From Octopus vulgaris (Eukaryota), in the NCBI GenBank assembly GCA_951406725.2, contig OX597830.1, positions 23,312,001 through 23,376,000 on the forward strand: 64,000 nucleotides of DNA, written 5' to 3'. The notes under the pieces are model-generated. The model worked only from the letters and a program-made list of their open reading frames with translations. It was not told the origin of the DNA and searched no databases. Positions 36,217 through 50,104 of the stretch are shown here, piece after piece; within the stretch, counting starts at the first letter, position 1; each line of letters starts with the position of its first letter. The translations under genes were made by a program, and so were the position numbers.

Positions 36217-36910
36217 TTTATGTATGTATGTATACATGTATGTATGCATGTATACATGTATGTATGCATGTATGTATTTATGTATGTATGTATGTATTTA
36301 TGTATGTATGTATGCATGTATGTATGTATGTATGTATGCATGTAAGTGTTTTTATTGTTATAAAATACAAAAGTTATGAAGCTGCGAACATTAAGTGATT
36401 CAATAAAGTTCTCAATAAAACTATACAGTTAGATGTCATTAATAATGCTTTTATTATCAGTGAATCCGAAATGCCACCGACACTTGGCGTCGTCAGACAG
36501 CCAACTACACATACTTACATACATACATACATACATACATACTTACATACATACATATACATACGTACATACATACATACATACACACATATATACATAC
36601 ATAATACAAACATACATACAAATATACATACATACAAATATACATACATACATACATACATGCACACATACATACATACATACATACATACATACATACA
36701 TACATACATAAATAATACAAACATACATACATACATGCATACATACATATACATACATACATACATGCATACATTATACAAACATACATACATACAAACA
36801 TACATACATACATACATACATACATACGTACAAATATACATACATACATACATACATACATACATACATACATACATGCACACATACATATACACGTATG
36901 CATGTATATA
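31951..36910. repeat. Extended microsatellite fields (TA, TATG/CATA, CA, GGT) with short unique spacers
   Basis: Directly visible simple repeats. Confidence 0.95.
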
Positions 36911-37239
36911 TCCGTGTATAGTGGAGACGCTGAAGCTGCGGTTTTTCTCAGGGAAATATCCCTTTATAGTCGCATTTTATTGACCAACACAATATGCTTC
37001 ATAGCTAGGCGAAAGGAAATCGTTCCTTAAAATGAACGCTAGTGTGACTGATACGTATTTCGCTGTCATTGCAGCTCATCAATGTCATTATTCGCGTCAC
37101 TTCCGAAACGATTTTGAATCAGGCAGTCTGAAAAATATACAGCAAGTGTATAAACAATTTACTCGTTCGCATACGCACATGCACGTACACACATTCATTT
37201 ACACTCATGCACATGTATATATGCATACATAAAACATAC

Positions 37240-37414
37240 AGGCGCAGGAGAGGATGTGTGGTAAGTAGCTTGCTTACCAACCACATGGTTCTGTGTTCAG
37301 TCTTACTGCGTGGCACCTTGTCTAAGTGACTTTTACTATAGCCTCGGCCGACCAAAGCATTGTGAGTGGATTTGGTAGACGTAAACTGAAAGAAGCTTGT
37401 CGTGTATATATATA

Positions 37415-37476
<62 letters not shown>

Positions 37477-37710
37477 CGTGTGTGTGTGTGTGGGTGTGTA
37501 TGTTTGTGTGTCTGTGTTTGTCCCCTAGCATTGCTTGGCAACCGATGCTAGTGTGTTTACATCCCTGTAATCTAGCGGTTCGGCATACGGGTCCGATAGA
37601 ATAAGTACTAAATTTACAAAGAATAAGTCCTGGGGTCGATTTGCTCGACTAAAGGCGGTGCTCCAACATGGCCGCAGTCAAACGAGTGAAACAAATAAAA
37701 GAATAAAAGA
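37240..37710 (+). mobile_element. SINE family B
   Basis: Full head GGCGCAGGAG...GGTAAGTAGCTTGCTTACC through the AATAAAAG tail. Confidence 0.85.
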
Positions 37711-37811
37711 ATACATACATCCACTCACACCCAAAAACCCCCATCGCCCCGCATATATAAGCAAATACTTAAGTATGAACAAGAAATAAAGATAGAGAGA
37801 TTGAGAGATAG

Positions 37812-37867
<56 letters not shown>

Positions 37868-38151
37868 AGAAAGAGAGTACTCAATATTAAATGTAGAATT
37901 ATATGTAGCTGTTCTTGAAGAGAGGCGGCGACTTGGCAGAAAGTTCAACGCGGCGGGGAAAATGTTTATCCGCAATCTTCCTGGTGTTTACGTTTTTTTA
38001 GTTCTAATACCGGCAATATCAACTTTGTTTTGCATCTCTCTGGGTCGGTAAAGTAAAATACCAGCCATATACTTAGAGTTGATATAATTGATTAATTACC
38101 AAGATTACCTGCCTTGTGCCAAAATTTGAAACAATTTTTTTAATTAGGAAC

Positions 38152-38712
38152 TATTGTGTTGGTGCATAATTATTGCGGCTTTTTTTTTCCCAACAAAGTT
38201 TATTCAACAAAATCAATAACAATATTTAACAAAAAAATCTTTAAATTACGGTCTGACCGTCTGCTAAGCAAATGGGAAGCAGTAATTGAAGTATATGGTA
38301 AATATTGTTTGTTCCTTCTCGAGCCATGCCTGGCTCATAAGGGCCGGTTTCCCGGTTTCCTTGTCGTATAGGTTCCCCACCTGGACGGGACGCCGGTCCG
38401 TCGCAGGTGAACTGTAAGATGCAGGATGAAAGAGTGAGAGAAAGTTGTGGCGAAAAAGTCAGCAGAGATTCGCCATTACCTTCTGCAGGAGCCGCTTGGA
38501 GCTTAGGTGTTTCGCTCATAAACACACACATCGCCCGGTTATAAGATTCGAACCCACTATCCCGCTGCTGTAACCACAAGGCCATCTGCCTCCACAATGG
38601 TGAATATGCTCCGGAATAATCATTTAAAGATGTTTTTGTTACATATTGTTATTGTTTTTGTTGAATAAAATTTGTTGAAAAAAAGCCGCAATAATTATGC
38701 ACCAACCCAATA
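38152..38712. mobile_element. Mariner-derived MITE with nested SINE (~38306-38596, minus)
   Basis: TIRs TATTGTGTTGGTGCATAATTATTGCGGCTTTTTT / AAAAAAGCCGCAATAATTATGCACCAACCCAATA extend to ~90 bp. The SINE is flanked by ATGGTAAATAT / ATGGTGAATAT. Confidence 0.85.
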
Positions 38713-39070
38713 AAATTCCTGAATTCGTTACTGGTGAGAAACACAAAGACAAGCGTTAATTAATTAATTAATCAATATGTACATATTTCCATATATGGAT
38801 ATGACAAGCTTCCTTTCAAACTATTTTCTTTTACAAATTTCTTTCACAAGGCACTCGTCAGTCTGTGGCCCTATAGTAGAAGATGTTGACCAAATTATTT
38901 CGCAGAGAGTCTGAGCTGGAAACCAAAGACGGATACAGCTGATACACTGGCACCAGTGATGCCACTGCTCATTTTTACAGCCAAGTGAACTGGAGTATCG
39001 TGAAATGAAATGTCTTGCTGAAGTAAACAACATATATCCTGGTCCAGGAATCGAACTCGCTACCTTATGA

Positions 39071-39448
39071 TTATTCTCTCGAAAAACGACGACGCCGTAG
39101 TGATCTCATTCTCGCTCACAACATCATAAGCGGAAAGTGTAACCTCTCGAAAGAGCTGTTCTTCACTCCTGCTCCAAAGCGTGGGCTGCGGGTTCACTCC
39201 GAAAAGCTCTATCTACGACGATTTCATCTCAATCGAAGGAGAGGGACTTTCTCCGTCCGGGTTGCGGGTCCGTGGAATAAGCTGCCGGACGAGATAGTGA
39301 AGATGCCGACGACCGCTCGGTTCAAAGTCTCTCTTGGCCAGAAATGGCCTGAACTCTTCGTATGACCACCCTCCCTGTACATAACTCCCTGTCCCCCTAC
39401 ATGGCCTTGCTTTTGCTTTTTGAGCCAATAAAAATTGAATTGAATTGA
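39071..39448 (+). mobile_element. 5'-truncated CR1-like LINE inserted into a SINE head
   Basis: Open frame YSLEKRRRRSDLILAHNIISG...GLRVHSEKL...FSVRVAGPWNKLPDEIV...FKVSL*, then AATAAA and an (ATTGA)n tail. The flanks rejoin to a tRNA-like SINE head. Confidence 0.85.
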
Positions 39449-40479
39449 ATGAGCTGGACGCTCTAGCTACTGAGCCATGCACTTTCAGTACCAGACCGAA
39501 AATGTTTTCGCAAAGAAATAAGGTTTCCAGAGTCTGAACTGGAAACAATGAGGTTGTGAAGCCAACTTTTTAACCACACTGAAATATTGGTTTGGGGTTT
39601 TGGCACAAGGCCAGCAATTCTGGGGAGGGATAAGTCGATTAGATTGACCCCCCCCAGTGCTCAACTGGTACTTATTTTGTCCACCTCGAAAGGATGGAAG
39701 GCAAAGACGACTTCGGCGGAATTTGAACTCAGGACGTAAAGATAGCCGTTAAGCATTTCGCCTGGCGAGCTAACGATTCTGTCAACTCGCCAACATCCTA
39801 CATTTAAATATTCAAAACTCATATATGAGACTGGAGACGCAATGGCCCAGTAGTTAGGGTAGCGAACTCGCGGTCGGAGGATCGCGGTTTCGATTCCTAG
39901 ACCGGGCGTTGTGTGTGTTTATTGAGCGAAAACACCTAAAAGCTCCACGGGGACGGTGGCGACTCCTGTTGTACTCTTTCACCACAACTTTCTCTCTCTT
40001 CCTGTTTCTTAAGTAACGGTGCGATGGACTAAAGGCGGTGCTCCAGCATAGCCACAGTCAAATGACTGAAACGTGTAAAAGAGTATATATTTTGAAATAT
40101 CAATATATTTAAATAATAATTATGCATTAGATGTGTTTGAATATCAGAGGAGATTTTTGATGCATAAAATATAGCGAACAGCTGGGAAGAAAGGATCATA
40201 CGACAGTTTTATTTTTTTTTGATAGAAAGAAAAAATTAAAAAAATAAACGAATAAAAACAGTCACGTGGTGGATATACGTAGGGAAACATGTTGAATAGA
40301 GAAAGACAGAGAAGAAAGCCCGTGCGAAGGAAGGGAAAAAAATGAGTGAAGAAAAGCGATATGAAGGAGTGGGAGGAGAAGGAAAGTAAATAAAGATAGG
40401 TGGGGGGAGATTGGTGCAAAGAAACAAAAATGCATTTGTATGAAACATAGAAAACATTTAATAACGAGGGAATCTGGCA

Positions 40480-40535
40480 GACATGTGTGTGTGTGTATAC
40501 ATATATGTATGGATGTATACATATATGTATGGATG

Positions 40536-40577
<42 letters not shown>

Positions 40578-40578
40578 G

Positions 40579-40616
<38 letters not shown>

Positions 40617-41143
40617 GTGTGTGTATATATATATGTATATATATATGTGTATATATATATATGTGTATATATATATGTATTTATGTATATGTATATATAT
40701 ATGTATTTATGTATATGTATATATATATGTATTTATGTATATGTATATATATATGTATACATACATGTATATACATATGTATATATATATATGTACATAT
40801 ATATGTATATATATATGTATATATATATGTATATATATATATGTATATATATATATGTATATACATATATATGCATATATATATATAAATATATATATAA
40901 ATATATATATATATGGCAGACATAAGTATGTGTGTATATATATATACATATATATATATATATGGCAGACATAAGTATGTGTGTATATATATATACATAT
41001 ATATATATGTATATATATATACATATATATATATATATGTATATATATATACACACATACTTATGCCTGCCATATATATATATATGTATATATATATACA
41101 CACATACTTATGTCTGCCATATATATATATACATATATATGTG

Positions 41144-41189
<46 letters not shown>

Positions 41190-41225
41190 CATGTATGTAT
41201 ATTATATATATATATATTATATATG

Positions 41226-41277
<52 letters not shown>

Positions 41278-41361
41278 CACGTATATATATTTACATACGC
41301 ATATACACATATATATCTATCTATCTATCTATCTATCTATCGTTCTCTCTATATATGGATG

Positions 41362-41397
<36 letters not shown>

Positions 41398-41570
41398 TAT
41401 TTATATATATATGCGTGTGTATATATATATATATGTATATATGTATATTATGCACATGTTCACGTATACATATACATATGCATACATATATGCATATATA
41501 TGTGTGTGTGTGCATGTGTGTGCGCATGCGTGCGTGCGTAGGCGTGTCCGTGTGTGAATATATGAATATA
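40480..41570. repeat. (TA)/(TG) microsatellite field with internal palindromic units
   Basis: Simple repeats; GGCAGACATAAGTATGTGTG x2 is followed by its reverse complement x2. Confidence 0.9.
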
Positions 41571-42054
41571 TGAAAACCGGGAAAAGGCGATTAATAATGG
41601 AAAAGCAGAGAAAAATAAAATGCAGTCAGAATTAAAGTTTAAATTCAAATTAAAAGAAGATTAGCAGCTGTAAAAGAAAATAATAAATTATTTGCCAACA
41701 GATAAATAATAAATAATAAATAAATAAATAGATAAGATGTGAAAAGAGAAAATATGTGCGCGCATAATCGCCGCATCGAGTAAGGAAAGTAATCTGATGA
41801 TGTAAAGATAACAATTTTATATACATATATAATATATAAAATCTTTTGTACAGTGTGGTGAGAATGACGTCTATACTGGCGGTGTAAGATCCAATTGTTG
41901 AAGGAAAGGTCAAAGAAATTAACCTTTTGGCAGTCAAAAAGTTATACAGTAAATATTTAGAGGCGTGCCTGCAGGTATTTTAGAAGCTCAGACGTTTCAT
42001 TTGATGCGCGTGAGTTTTGAAACATCATGAAAAAGCTTTTCGCTTAAGTACAGA

Positions 42055-42485
42055 GGATCTTTTCGGTTTGAACGGCAGTTTTTTCCAGCGGTGTCATATG
42101 AAATCGTCACCAGTAATTATGACCCTAGTATCGAACTATTGCATTTCAATCTGTTTTAGGGTTAGGGTTAGAGTTAGGGTTAGGGGTGGGGGAAGGGTAT
42201 CTTTTTTTCCTTCACAAATGTAAATAAAGCCAATCTGTTTCTTAAACGAGGGACATATTCATACGGCATAGAATGTTTTTTAACCCAATAGACGTCATTG
42301 ATTGGTTGAAATCGCAGAAATTGAAGAAAAAACAACAACAAATATCTTACAAACTATAGAATTTTCTCAATAAAGCCAAAAGAAAATGATGTTTTATAAA
42401 CACATTCTACCAGTATACGAAGTTTAAAAGTGTTTAGTTACGTGGAAATTATTTTAAAAAACTGCCGTTCAAACCGAAAAGATCC
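42055..42485. mobile_element. MITE with 30-bp perfect TIRs and internal TTAGGG repeats
   Basis: GGATCTTTTCGGTTTGAACGGCAGTTTTTT / AAAAAACTGCCGTTCAAACCGAAAAGATCC; TTAGGGTTAGGGTTAGAGTTAGGGTTAGGG at ~42156-42185. Confidence 0.85.
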
Positions 42486-42704
42486 AACAATTCTTTTCTG
42501 GCTATCTAAATGAATGTATTGGGTTAGATGTTCAGTTCACTGTAGGACGAAAACCTAAGCGTGTTCTGTTCACCCAAGTATGATCTGCTGTGGAGGTCAT
42601 AAATTTTAGCATGAAATCATAGTGATTTGATGAGTCTACTCTTCCACAATGGCTCGATAGGAATTAGCAGAGGGGTGCACATTTTTTACTCATACACAGG
42701 AGTA

Positions 42705-43420
42705 GTTAAGTCGATTAAATCGACCCCAGTGTTCAACTGGTACTTATTTTTATCGACCCCCAGTGCGTAACTGGTACTTAATTTATCGACCCCGAAAGGA
42801 TGAAAGGCAAAGTCGACCTCGGCGGAATTTGAACTCAGAACGTAGCAGCAGACAAAATACCTATTTGTTTACTACCCACAAGGGGCTAAACGCAGAGGAG
42901 ACAAACAAGGACAGACAGACCGATTAAGACGATTATATCGACCCCCAGTGCGTAACTGATACTTAATTTATCGACCCCGAAAGGATGAAAGGCAAAGTCA
43001 ACCTCGGCGGAATTTGAACTCAGAACGTAGCGGCAGACAAAATACCTATTTCTTTACTACCCACAAGGGGCTAAACGCAGAGGAGAAAACAAGGACAGAC
43101 AAAGTGCGGGATTAAGTCGATTACATCGACCCCAATCAGAACGTGTCACTGGTACGATTATTTAACCGACTATCGACCCCGAAAGGATGAAAGGCAAAGT
43201 CAACCTCGGCGGAATTTGAACTCAGAACGTAGCGGCAGACAAAATACCTATTTCTTTACTACCCACAAGGGGCTAAACGCAGAGGGAGAAAACAAGGACA
43301 GACAAAGGGATTAAGTCGATTACATCGACCCCAATGTGTCACTGGTACTTATTTAACCGACAGACGAAATACCGCTAAGTATCTCGCCCGGCCTGCTAAC
43401 GATTCTCCGAGCTTGCTGCT
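42705..43420 (-). mobile_element. SINE family C tandem array (~4 units)
   Basis: Repeated ~180-bp units CCCGAAAGGATGAAAGGCAAAGTC...CCCACAAGGGGCTAAAC. Confidence 0.88.
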
Positions 43421-45189
43421 TTGAATGTGTAAGCTAGTAAAATGAATTTTAGATTTATTTTCTGTTGATCCAGTGTAAGATTTACACACATAGCAAGAAA
43501 ATGGTTAGAATCAATGCCATTACGAGTAGGCAGAGAGGCAATGTTGTTAGCATTGGAGAATCTTCTTGAATTACAATTGCTAAAACGACAAGAGAAAATG
43601 AAATACAATAAGAACAGCTGACTTTAACTAAACTTCTGTCAAAATTTTTATGATACCAATGGATCGCTGGAAAGAGAAAAGAGATTAAGCTAAGGAATTC
43701 CCTGGCTGTTTGTTCTTACATTTAACTGTAGGTTAGAATAAATCATAGGATATATCTATATCTAATTTAACGTTGTGTGCAAGGCTTGGTAATATAATAA
43801 ATTTAATTTGCAGAACCGATACCGCGCAGTGCCTCGTTATAACAATCGGAAACATTCACAAACGTAGCTTTATCCAGTGACAACGAGAGGGTTGTTTTAC
43901 TTATACTAGAATTTAAATTTAGTAGAATTTTAGTTGATTTGAATTCTCATTGACATATAATATTTTGTCTCCAGGTTTTCTGTAAAGAAACAAAGTAATT
44001 TCAATCGTCTAAAAAATTAACAGTACTAAAATAAATATTGAATTACTTTCTTAAACCTATTTTACTAGAGCAGTCGTAAGTGCATCAAATTCAAGTGCAC
44101 TCATACGCATTTAATTAAAAACCAGAGTTTTTAAACGTCTGCAGGCATATATCTAAAAAATCTGTTGTGTAAGGTTTTTACCTCTATACGGTTGTTTCTT
44201 TGATCTTTTTAAACAGTGGACATTAACGCCAACGTTTTTGACATTATACTCATCTAACTCTGCCGAAGATGCCATTTTATTCCTGTTTCTGTTGGCGTAA
44301 TTTCTCCTCAAATAATTTTGTTATTCTTTTCTTTTACAGCTATTAAACTGTTGATATAATTTTAACTTTAGTGCTTTCTTGTTTTTCGTTTTTAATCGCC
44401 GTCTCCCAACTTTCATCTATATTCAAAGTACATATATACATATATGTCTTTTGGCTTCTATTATTATATCCTCTATATTTCATAACAATTTTTTTATTCC
44501 GATTCTCTGTTTCTCTATCTCTTTATTTCTTTTCTTACCTACATTCCGTTTACTCTCTTCTTATTTCTCTGCCTATCTTTTTCTTTTGTACTCGTTTCCC
44601 TTACTTTCCTCCTCTTGCTTCATTACCATATTCTCCTTACCTTAACCTTTTTATAGGCTATTATTTTTATATTTTAGCTTTGTACACAACGGTCGGTCAT
44701 GTGCTTAACCGATGAAATTGTTTCGTCCCAATTTCTGTGTTATATTTTATGCCATCGAGATTTCCCTTCATTTTCAAACACTTCCAATGTTTATCTGTTA
44801 AATATTTTCTCAAGTTCTATTTGTTATAATCGTCTAAAACCTGGATGCAAGTAACGCGGTATAACTATTTGTAAATCTTCAGCTTTTCAGTTAAACACAC
44901 ACACACACACACATACACATCTACTACGTATGTGGAAATCTGTGGGTGTGTTTTTTTTTTGTAGCGTTGTTATCTAACTCCGCCTACATCGTTTTATCGA
45001 TTTTGATGAAACTTGACACGTGAGTAGAACTCATGTCTGGAAATCTCATGGCATACATAGATTGTTGAAAAAATCCCATAATAGGGTCCCTGGCTCCGGC
45101 AGGGAGTGGTAGCGAACCCTGCTGTACTCTTTGACCGAAGCTTTCTCTTACTTTGTCTTCCTGTTTCTGTTGTACCTGTTTTTCAAACG

Positions 45190-45617
45190 GACTCTGCACC
45201 ATGTTACACAAGCAGGAAAACCCAGTCATGGCTGTCAGACAATATCTGCGACCACATCACCCCTAACATCTGACCACCTAACTCTTCAGACTGCAACCCG
45301 CTTGATTATTATGTGTGGGGCGCATTTGAGCGAGGGACCAACAAAATTCCTTCTAAAACCAAAGATGAACTGAAGGCAAGAATTATGGCAGCATTCACAA
45401 ACTTAAACAAGGAAACCGTCCAGAAGAGCTACAAGAGATTCTGAAGTCGTCAAGAGGCCGTGGTTGAAGCCAATGGCGATTTTAATGAATAAATTTACTG
45501 TTTAGTATTTCAAGATATTTTTATGTAATTTTGGTAAATATATCTGTTACAATGAGATGTCTGTGTTATTTTCATTTTTGCGTAATCTAGATGACAATTT
45601 ATTCACCGTACCCTGTA
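45190..45617 (+). pseudogene. maT/DD37D-like transposase 3' relic with TIR
   Basis: PPNSSDCNPLDYYVWG...TKDELKARIMAAFTNLNKETVQKS...EAVVEANGDF; the end TTATTCACCGTACCCTG|TA has a solo inverse copy at ~31202-31271. Confidence 0.75.
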
Positions 45618-48445
45618 CATACACACACACGCGCGCGCAGGCGCATATATATGCGGTCAAGCCTGACCTTTCTTTCTTGGTTCGGCCGTCGTCTGTACAA
45701 CATCTATATTCCTCCTTGTGTCTGTGAAACCTTGTATCCCTGCCGTGAGGCTTTACTTCCACACACGCCAGCTTAATTTAATTCGTCCTTAGTCGAAAGA
45801 CACCTGTTGTTATGTCCTGTTATTTGTATTTGTGTAATATTCTCCGGTTTTTTCCGTCCTTGTTTTCGTATACATTCACTGCTTTCTTCCAAGGAATCTA
45901 ATGCTCTTAGCTTAGTTTATCCTTGGGGCTGGCCTGATTGGAGCAATCTCGAGTATAACCAGCCGAAATTGTAAAGATAATGTGGAACCCGACTGAGGAA
46001 AGAAAACTCCGAATGACCTGTCCTTGTTTTCTTTGTATCGTCTATCTGGATGTTTTGTTGTCCCTTTTTTATATCACCTGTCTGGATGTTTTGCGTTCTT
46101 GTCTCTTTTTTTTTATTTTTCATATATATATATATATATATATATTCATGCACATGTATGTGTGTGTGAAGGTTAAGGTATTCGGCTCGCAATCGTAAGC
46201 GAAGCACTTTCTCTGACGTTGCTCCAGTCCACTTAATTGACTGTACAACAATGAGCTGTACCCGTATTCCAGAGGGCCAACCTTGACACATTCTGTGTCA
46301 CGCGAATATCCCTGAGAACTACGTTAAGGGTACGCGCGTCTGTGGAGTGTTCAGCCGCTTGCACGTTAACTTCACAGCAGATTGTTTCGTTGATTGGATC
46401 AGCTGGAACACTCGTCATCGTAACCGATGGAATTTATATATATACTAGCAGAAACACCTATCATTGACTGGGTGAGAAAAAGCTGGCAAAATCTTACTAT
46501 GAATATTGAAAGTTATTCGCTTAGATTGTATTGAACATGGCCGGAAGTGGGACTTTTGAGACTTTTTTCGGGCGCATCGTAGGAAAGTGAAATAAATGTT
46601 TGAGTTAGTCAGCTGGCAGCACAGGAATCTGAAAAACATATTGGTGTTAAAGAATGGTCGTCATAGTTATACTGATTGTATTATGGTTTTAGATGAAGTT
46701 CTAAAGATACATATGGAGTTACATCGAACTTGCGATCGTGAGGTTGTGAGTTCGAATCCTGGACTGGGCTGCGTGTTGTGTTCTTGAGCAAGACACTTTA
46801 TTTCACGTTGCTCCAATTACCTCAGCTGTAGAAATGAGTTGCGATGTCACTGGTGCCAAGCTGTATCGGCCTCTTTGCCTTTCGCTTGGATAACATCAGT
46901 GGCATGGAGAGGGGAAGTTGGAATGCATGGACGACTGCTGGTCTTCCATAATCAACCTTGAAAGTAAATTGTGATGTTGCATGAGGATGATCAAACGATT
47001 CTGCTTTGATGGGATCCACAACAGGCTTTCAGGCATAACTACAGATCCCTATCCCCGTTGCCGCATAACTTCCTGAAAAATGGATACTTTTTAACGAAAT
47101 TTTCAACAAATCTCGCTCAGATGCTATACATTCAGAGTATATATGGATTTATAGGAAAGAATTATTTCGAGGGGGTGCGGAGAGGAGTTTCAATTCAGAC
47201 GACTCCATTTTCTCCCTCATTACTTTGAGGAAAATAGGTATTTTTTAAAGAAAGTTTTTATACAATTATCTTTCAAACTGCTTATATTACGATCATAAAG
47301 AAATTTGTGGGTAAAATGTTTCATGGTACATAGGGTCATTTTCCTAGCACCAACAAACAGGTTGCTAAAAGCCTTGTGAGTGAATTTGGTTGACGCAAAC
47401 TGGAAGAAGCTCGTAGTATATGTATATATGTATATATTTGAGTGTATGTCTCTGTTTGGTCCCCCGCCATCGCTTGACAACCGATGTCGGTGTGTTTATG
47501 TCCCCGTAACTTAGCGGTTCGGCAAAAGAGTCCGTTAGAATAAGTACAAAGCTTACAAAGATTAAGTCCTGAGGTCGATTTCTTCGACTAACACCCTTTA
47601 AGACGGTGTTCCAGCATGGCCGCAGTCAAATGACTGAAACAAGTAAAAGAATAAAAGAATATATATATGTGTGTGAGTTTGTGTGAGTGTGTGAGTGTGT
47701 GTGTGTATACATATATATGTATATATCTATGTGTGTGTCTCTTTGTTTGTTCCTCCACCGCTGCTTGATAACCAATGTTGGTGTGTTTATGTTCTTGCTA
47801 CTTAGCGGTTCGGCAAAAGAGACCGATATACATACATACATACATACATACATACATACATACATACTTACATACATACATACCTGCATGTATACACACA
47901 TGTTCGCACACAGATACACAGGCACACACACTTACATATATGCACACATATAAACACATTGTTTTATATACGTATGTGTCTATATCTTTGCAATACAAAC
48001 ATTCATAGATACCTACCTACCTACCTACCTACCATTGCTATCTGAACATCAATTATCTGAAGAAGATCTCAAGCCCCTGTGAATATTTAATTAACCTTAC
48101 TGTGTATACCCCCGAACAGGAGAACAATACCAACGCTACAATTCCTTTTGTTTACAATGATTAAAAGTTATTCCGAAACACTGAACATGTAAAAGCCTTA
48201 CATCAAAGTGATGTTATCGAGGTGTTGAAATGATTGTGTCTTTTGTTTATAGTTATTAAAATTACCACCTGTTGATCGATTGATCGATCTACTGTTTTTC
48301 ATCGCAATGAGTCATTTTAAACCGTGCTAAAATAATTTAACACATAAATATGACTGACATGGTGAAAGATTTCAAAGTATGGTAACAATTAGCGGTAACT
48401 TAATTTAGTCTGTAGCATTGTCCGTTGTACGTATATTTCACAAGT

Positions 48446-48834
48446 GGAGGCGCAATGGCCCAGTGGTTAGGGCAGCGGAATCGCGGTCGTAGGATCGCGG
48501 TTTCGATTCCCAGACCGGGCGTTGTGAGTGTTTATTGAGCGAAAACACCTAAAGCTCCACGAGGCTCCGGCAGAGGATGGTGGTGATCCCTGCTGTACTC
48601 TTTCGCCACAACTTTCTCTCACTCTTTCTTCCTGTTTCTGTTGTACCTGTATTTCAAAGGGCCGGCCTTGTCACTCTCTGTGTCACGCTGAATATTCCCG
48701 AGAACTACGTTAAGGGTACACGTGTCTGTGGAGTGCTCAGCCACTTACACGTTAATTTCACGTGCAGGCTGTTCCGTTGGTCGGATCAACCGGAACCCTC
48801 ATCGTCGTAACCGACGGAGTGCTTCCATCCATCC
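48446..48834 (+). mobile_element. Full-length SINE family A with 11-bp TSD
   Basis: tRNA-like head with A and B boxes; TSD ATTTCACAAGT at 48435-48445 and 48835-48845. Confidence 0.92.
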
Positions 48835-50041
48835 ATTTCACAAGTAGCGCCGTTTGTTGATGGCCTACCGTGGTTGTAGAAAAAGAAAAGTGTTCATATT
48901 TGATAATCGAACAGAAAAGTGAAATTTCACTGCATATGAGTCATGATAAAAAGGTTTCGAAAATGATAAGAAGACTACAAGGTTGTTATAGTATGTAAAA
49001 GAATTCAGACGGTTGCGAGGTAATTTGGACATGTGACTTCTATTATAGCCCTGGGCTGACCAATGCCAAATAAGTGAATTTGGTAGACCGAAACTGTGCA
49101 AGTCCGCCGTGTGTGCGTATATGTGTGCAAAAGCCCCATAGGACAAAAGCTCCACGGACAAAATACCCTCGGACAAAAGCCCCATAGTTAAAGTGTAAAA
49201 GTGGATAAAAGCTCTACGGTTATATGTTTGGGTTATTTTTTTTGTTTTTGTTTTCACCTTTTACTTGTTGCAGTAACTAGACTGCGGCCATGCTGGGGCA
49301 CCTCCATGAAGAATTTTTTAGTCGAATGTATCGACGTCAGATTTTTAAAATTTTTACTTGTTGCAGTTATTAGACTGCAGTCATGCTGGGGCACCGTTTT
49401 GAAGAATTTTTAGTCGCAGAAAAATCAGCATTTTAAAATTTGAATTTAAAGTTTTCTGTTTTCTTCTCTCAGCACTTACAGATTAATGAGAATGAGCTGA
49501 CCTTTTGAACTTTCTCCGGCCGTTGAATGTCTAACAGAATTATGGCGCCGAAAGCTGGTCATTCAAACGTTTTTGTTTCTACACATTTCTTGAAATGCTT
49601 TCCCTTTTTGTTAGAATTCAGATAATATGTGAATTGAGTAGTAAAGAGTCTTGTGTTCTGTTACTCTATTCTACATATTTATTTTCGATTGAATATATTT
49701 TGTTTACTTAAAAATTGGAATTTTGGAAAATAATTTTTTTTTATAACAGGAGTGGCTGAGTGGTAAGTAGCTTGCTTACCAAACACATGGTTCCGGGTTC
49801 AGTCCCACTGCGTGGCACCTTGGGCATATGTCTTCTACTATAGCATCGGGCCGACCAAAGCTTTGTGAGTGGATTTGGTAGACGGGAACCGAATGAAGCC
49901 AGTCGTATGTATATATATAGAGAGATAAAACCACTATTAGGCAAATCAAACAATGAAAAACTTAAGCCAATACATAAGATTAATTAATTTATATTATTTT
50001 AAATATATATCAAAATTATTAAAAAAGGATAATGAGTATAA

Positions 50042-50104
50042 CACTACGATCGTTTCATGGCTGTCCAATTCGTAATAATTCGAGTAACAGTCAATCTTCA
50101 GGTG
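50042..50104 (-). ncRNA. Type I hammerhead ribozyme with extended stem II
   Basis: Minus strand: CAC-CTGAAGA-TTGACTGT...ACAGCCAT-GAA-ACGATCGT-A-GTG. Canonical core, palindromic stem III, GUA triplet. Confidence 0.75.

Noticed and set aside
42705-43420. CRISPR-like periodic repeats
   Set aside because: Units are whole SINE bodies without unique spacers, in a eukaryotic context.
45985-46025. CTGAGGA...CTCCGAA motif in a microsatellite-flanked ~480-bp module
   Set aside because: No GAAA and no convincing stems. The module may be a PLE end but I cannot support it.
48446-48520. tRNA genes (several tRNA-like heads with A and B boxes)
   Set aside because: They continue into SINE bodies with TSDs and lack a proper acceptor stem.
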